NCBI GenBank assembly: GCA_036845085.1 | Contig: DAIUEN010000024.1 | Location: 1-9,008, forward strand | Direction: 5' to 3' | From: Candidatus Nanopusillus sp. | Lineage (GTDB): Archaea > Nanobdellota > Nanobdellia > Nanobdellales > Nanobdellaceae | DNA length: 9,008 bases | Shown here: positions 7,291-9,008 of the stretch, piece after piece | Position numbering within the stretch: the first letter of the stretch is position 1 | Layout of the letters: each line of letters begins with the position of its first letter | Translations under genes and position numbers: made by a program | The notes under the pieces: generated by a model | What the model saw: only the letters and a program-made list of their open reading frames with translations | Database searches by the model: none | What the model was told of the DNA's origin: nothing

Positions 7291-7319
7291 AATATAAATA
7301 TTTTTCCAATAAAAATTTT
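7291..7319. promoter_or_regulatory. 29-bp divergent intergenic region; candidate interleaved promoters for the M16 peptidase gene and the 82-aa ORF
   Basis: aatataaata (7291-7300) lies about 25 nt upstream of ATG 7320. aaaaatttta (7311-7320; minus reading taaaattttt) lies about 25 nt upstream of the minus-strand ATG at 7290. Each candidate TATA therefore abuts the other gene's start codon. This rests on composition and spacing only. Confidence 0.25.
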
Positions 7320-7568
7320 ATGGAATTTGAGTCTTTCAATTATCTAAAGGAAGGTATCTGTTACGGAATAGTTAGTGAGATAAAAAAAGATAAAATTTGT
7401 ATAAAATTTAAGGATACAGTTAAATGTTTTGATAAAAATATTCAATATATAAATTTAAATGTAGGAGATTATGTACGTTTATATATAAAGAATGATGATG
7501 TTATTTTATTAGAAAAAATTACGAAAGAGTTTTATGAAGAAATAGAAAAAATCTTGTCAGAGTTTTAA
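7320..7568 (+). CDS. Hypothetical small protein (82 aa), possibly a small beta-barrel/OB-like fold with a C-terminal helix
   Basis: ATG-initiated ORF that exactly fills the space between the M16 gene and the archaeosortase gene. It has no signal peptide or TM segment. The beta-rich pattern (GICYGIVSEIKKDKICIKFKD...VGDYVRLYIKNDDVILLEKI) is followed by an acidic helix (EFYEEIEKILSEF). I do not recognise a family. Confidence 0.55.
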   Translation: MEFESFNYLKEGICYGIVSEIKKDKICIKFKDTVKCFDKNIQYINLNVGDYVRLYIKNDDVILLEKITKEFYEEIEKILSEF

Positions 7569-8134
7569 ATTTTATTTATAAATAGATCATTTTTGTTTTT
7601 TATAAAGAATATAAACCACAAAAAAATTACAGAGAAAGTGCTGAAAAAACTCCATAAAATGTCATGGATAAAGTAAACATCTGCATTAATATAGTAGTAT
7701 AGATAAATAAATGATACTATTCTGATTATATTAAGTATATAAACTATAGGTAAAAACAAAGCAGAATATATTATTTTTTTATTAACGTCATATACGGGGG
7801 TAGAAAATATTAGTGCAAACATTCCTAGTATTGATTTTAGTCCGATACATTCTTGCTCAATTAAGAAATCTATGTTTTTAACTTTTATAATATTATTTTC
7901 CAGATGATAAATTATATTTAATTTATCTAATATCTTCGCTATAAATATCGAGTAATAATTTAAGAAGATTTCAGGTACCTTTATGATGTACTTATCTAAT
8001 AAGACTAAGGGAATAGAATATATTGCCATATTCCAAAAAAACACCAATAGTATCAATTCTTTCTTTATTATATCGTTATTTTTATATTTTACTATAAAAT
8101 CTCTAAAATATTTTTTAAGAATATATTCAAACAT
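7565..8134 (-). CDS. Archaeosortase/exosortase-family transpeptidase-like membrane protein (minimal form)
   Basis: 189-aa polytopic membrane ORF. It carries the ordered Cys/Arg/His signature of the exosortase/archaeosortase family: EQEC96IGLKSILG (Cys codon 7847-7849), LNIIR138IVSF (7721-7723), FIH157DILW (7664-7666). ATG at 8132-8134 overlaps the upstream gene's stop by 8 nt. Confidence 0.75.
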   Translation of the reverse strand: MFEYILKKYFRDFIVKYKNNDIIKKELILLVFFWNMAIYSIPLVLLDKYIIKVPEIFLNYYSIFIAKILDKLNIIYHLENNIIKVKNIDFLIEQECIGLKSILGMFALIFSTPVYDVNKKIIYSALFLPIVYILNIIRIVSFIYLYYYINADVYFIHDILWSFFSTFSVIFLWFIFFIKNKNDLFINKI

Positions 8135-8585
8135 TTTTTATTTTTGCTGCAATCCCATTATTGAATTGTTTTATTTCTAATCCTGACAAAACAGCTTCTC
8201 CTATTCCTAGTAAATTATCTTCTTTATCTACTATTAGAACTATATCTCTTGGTAATATATTTAGATCTACGTCAATAACAAATTTGTTAAATATGGATTT
8301 TCCCTTTTTTACGAATTCTTTAGCTTCATCAGATATTACTATTCGATATTTAGGATATTCTAAGAATTCTTTAATTATTTCTCCGCCAAATTTTGTTAGT
8401 ATTACGAAGCCGGTTGTTGGTTCTATAGTTCCAAGTAATATATTATTTATATAAATTCTTCGGATTCTTCCAGTATTTTTACTAATTTCTATTTTAATTA
8501 CATTAGAATATTTTTCTATTATCTTATCTCCTACTTTATTTCCAAACTGATAATTTAAAATTGATTTAATTATTGATAATTCCAT
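8127..8585 (-). CDS. Stand-alone PUA-domain RNA-binding protein, resembling the C-terminal C2+PUA module of archaeosine tRNA-guanine transglycosylase
   Basis: ATG at 8583-8585 gives MELSIIKS...; the listed start at 8600 is TTG. The pre-PUA part is YQFG...TGRIRRIY...GTIEPTTGFVILTKFGG. The PUA-like part that follows is KGKSIFNKFVIDVDLNILPRDIVLIVDKEDNLLGIGEAVLSGLEI...GIAAKI. Confidence 0.8.
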   Translation of the reverse strand: MELSIIKSILNYQFGNKVGDKIIEKYSNVIKIEISKNTGRIRRIYINNILLGTIEPTTGFVILTKFGGEIIKEFLEYPKYRIVISDEAKEFVKKGKSIFNKFVIDVDLNILPRDIVLIVDKEDNLLGIGEAVLSGLEIKQFNNGIAAKIKNV

Positions 8586-9008
8586 ACCACATAAGAACAA
8601 ATTTTTCTGCTACTTTTTTTATATTGTCACTATCTCCTGAAAGAATAACTTTCTTATTTTCTTCTTCTATTGAAATAAAGTTATCCGAATTATTTATTAT
8701 ATATATTATCAATGTTTCTTCTCTGGGTAGATACATTTTGTATTCTAATTGTTTGTTATATATTACATAATGACTTTCGTTTGAAGAATATAAATAGTTA
8801 ATACAACCACCTATATAATAGAAACATACCGGTAATAATTTTGCTTTAAATGTTAAACTTAATATAGAAGCCGAGTAATTTCCAGAGAGATTAGGATCAA
8901 ATATTAATATTGAATAATTGAAACTTTTTCTATATGTATAAAGAGATATATCTTTTATTCTTTTATAAACTGGTATATGCTCTAATTCTGATATATTATA
9001 TTCTGAAT
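8566..9008 (-). CDS. Hypothetical protein, C-terminal 146 codons (5' end outside the window); not in the supplied ORF track
   Basis: My own translation of the minus strand from 9006 down gives an uninterrupted frame: SEYNISELEHIPVYKRIKDISLYTYRKSFNYSILIFDPNLSGNYSASILSLTFKAKLLPVCFYYIGGCINYLYSSNESHYVIYNKQLEYKMYLPREETLIIYIINNSDNFISIEEENKKVILSGDSDNIKKVAEKFVLMWYGIINN. It ends at TAA (8566-8568). A 441-nt open frame in such AT-rich DNA is unlikely by chance. It overlaps the PUA gene start by 20 nt. Family not recognised. Confidence 0.6.
   Translation of the reverse strand, partial: SEYNISELEHIPVYKRIKDISLYTYRKSFNYSILIFDPNLSGNYSASILSLTFKAKLLPVCFYYIGGCINYLYSSNESHYVIYNKQLEYKMYLPREETLIIYIINNSDNFISIEEENKKVILSGDSDNIKKVAEKFVLMWYGIINN

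Noticed and set aside
7492-7498. C-box-like atgatga (possible C/D box sRNA) inside the 82-aa ORF; a similar one occurs near 2716-2726
   Set aside because: No matching D box (ctga) lies at the expected distance. There are no terminal complementary stems and no C'/D' pair. The motif is simply Asn-Asp-Asp codons.
7983-8454. Plus-strand ORFs 7983-8180 (65 aa) and 8161-8454 (97 aa)
   Set aside because: They are antisense to the archaeosortase and PUA genes, both of which have recognisable family signatures. The plus-strand products are Ser/Ile/Phe-rich low-complexity sequence.
8586-8600. TTG start at 8600 for the PUA protein (track coordinates)
   Set aside because: An ATG five codons downstream (8583-8585) is the more conventional start. 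The extra residues (LFLCG) have no family counterpart.
8573-8770. Plus-strand 65-aa ORF from the track
   Set aside because: The opposite strand carries a longer open frame (441 nt to the window edge) with normal protein-like composition and a stop overlapping the next gene. The + ORF is most likely its shadow.
1-9008. Defence island, mobile element, CRISPR array or prophage fragment
   Set aside because: There is no integrase, transposase, Cas, toxin-antitoxin or restriction-modification signature. There are no direct or inverted long repeats and no compositional break. Every gene has the same AT-rich codon usage and tight packing as the housekeeping genes.

Overview
Very AT-rich (by eye about three-quarters A+T), almost gap-free stretch of an archaeal chromosome. 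I call ten protein-coding genes. Eight come from the ORF track, two of them with corrected start codons. One runs off the left edge and one, missing from the track, runs off the right edge. In order: an ArmA/RmtB(FmrO)-family 16S rRNA methyltransferase homologue (+, 5' partial); an Hjc-type Holliday junction resolvase-like nuclease (-); the family-D DNA polymerase large subunit DP2 (+); diphthine synthase (+); a SpoIIM/DUF95 membrane protein (+); an M16 zinc peptidase (-); an 82-aa orphan (+); a minimal archaeosortase/exosortase-family protein (-); a stand-alone ArcTGT-type pre-PUA+PUA RNA-binding protein (-); and the C-terminal 146 codons of an unrecognised protein (-). Only about 80 nt (961-1010, 4566, 7291-7319) lie outside these CDS calls. 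All three convergent gene pairs overlap at their stop codons, and most same-strand neighbours overlap or are 1 nt apart. I found no rRNA, tRNA, CRISPR array, transposase/integrase or long repeat. PolD, diphthine synthase, Hjc, an archaeosortase and a split-type PUA module indicate an archaeon. The composition and compaction suggest a reduced DPANN/Nanoarchaeota-like genome, but that is inference only. I do not see a self-contained new multi-gene system such as a defence island. The window reads as housekeeping genes, and its unusual points are individual: an aminoglycoside-resistance-type rRNA methyltransferase homologue in an archaeal core context, a miniature archaeosortase with no visible substrate, altered catalytic motifs in PolD and Hjc, and a genome architecture that leaves no room for conventional terminators or separate promoters.
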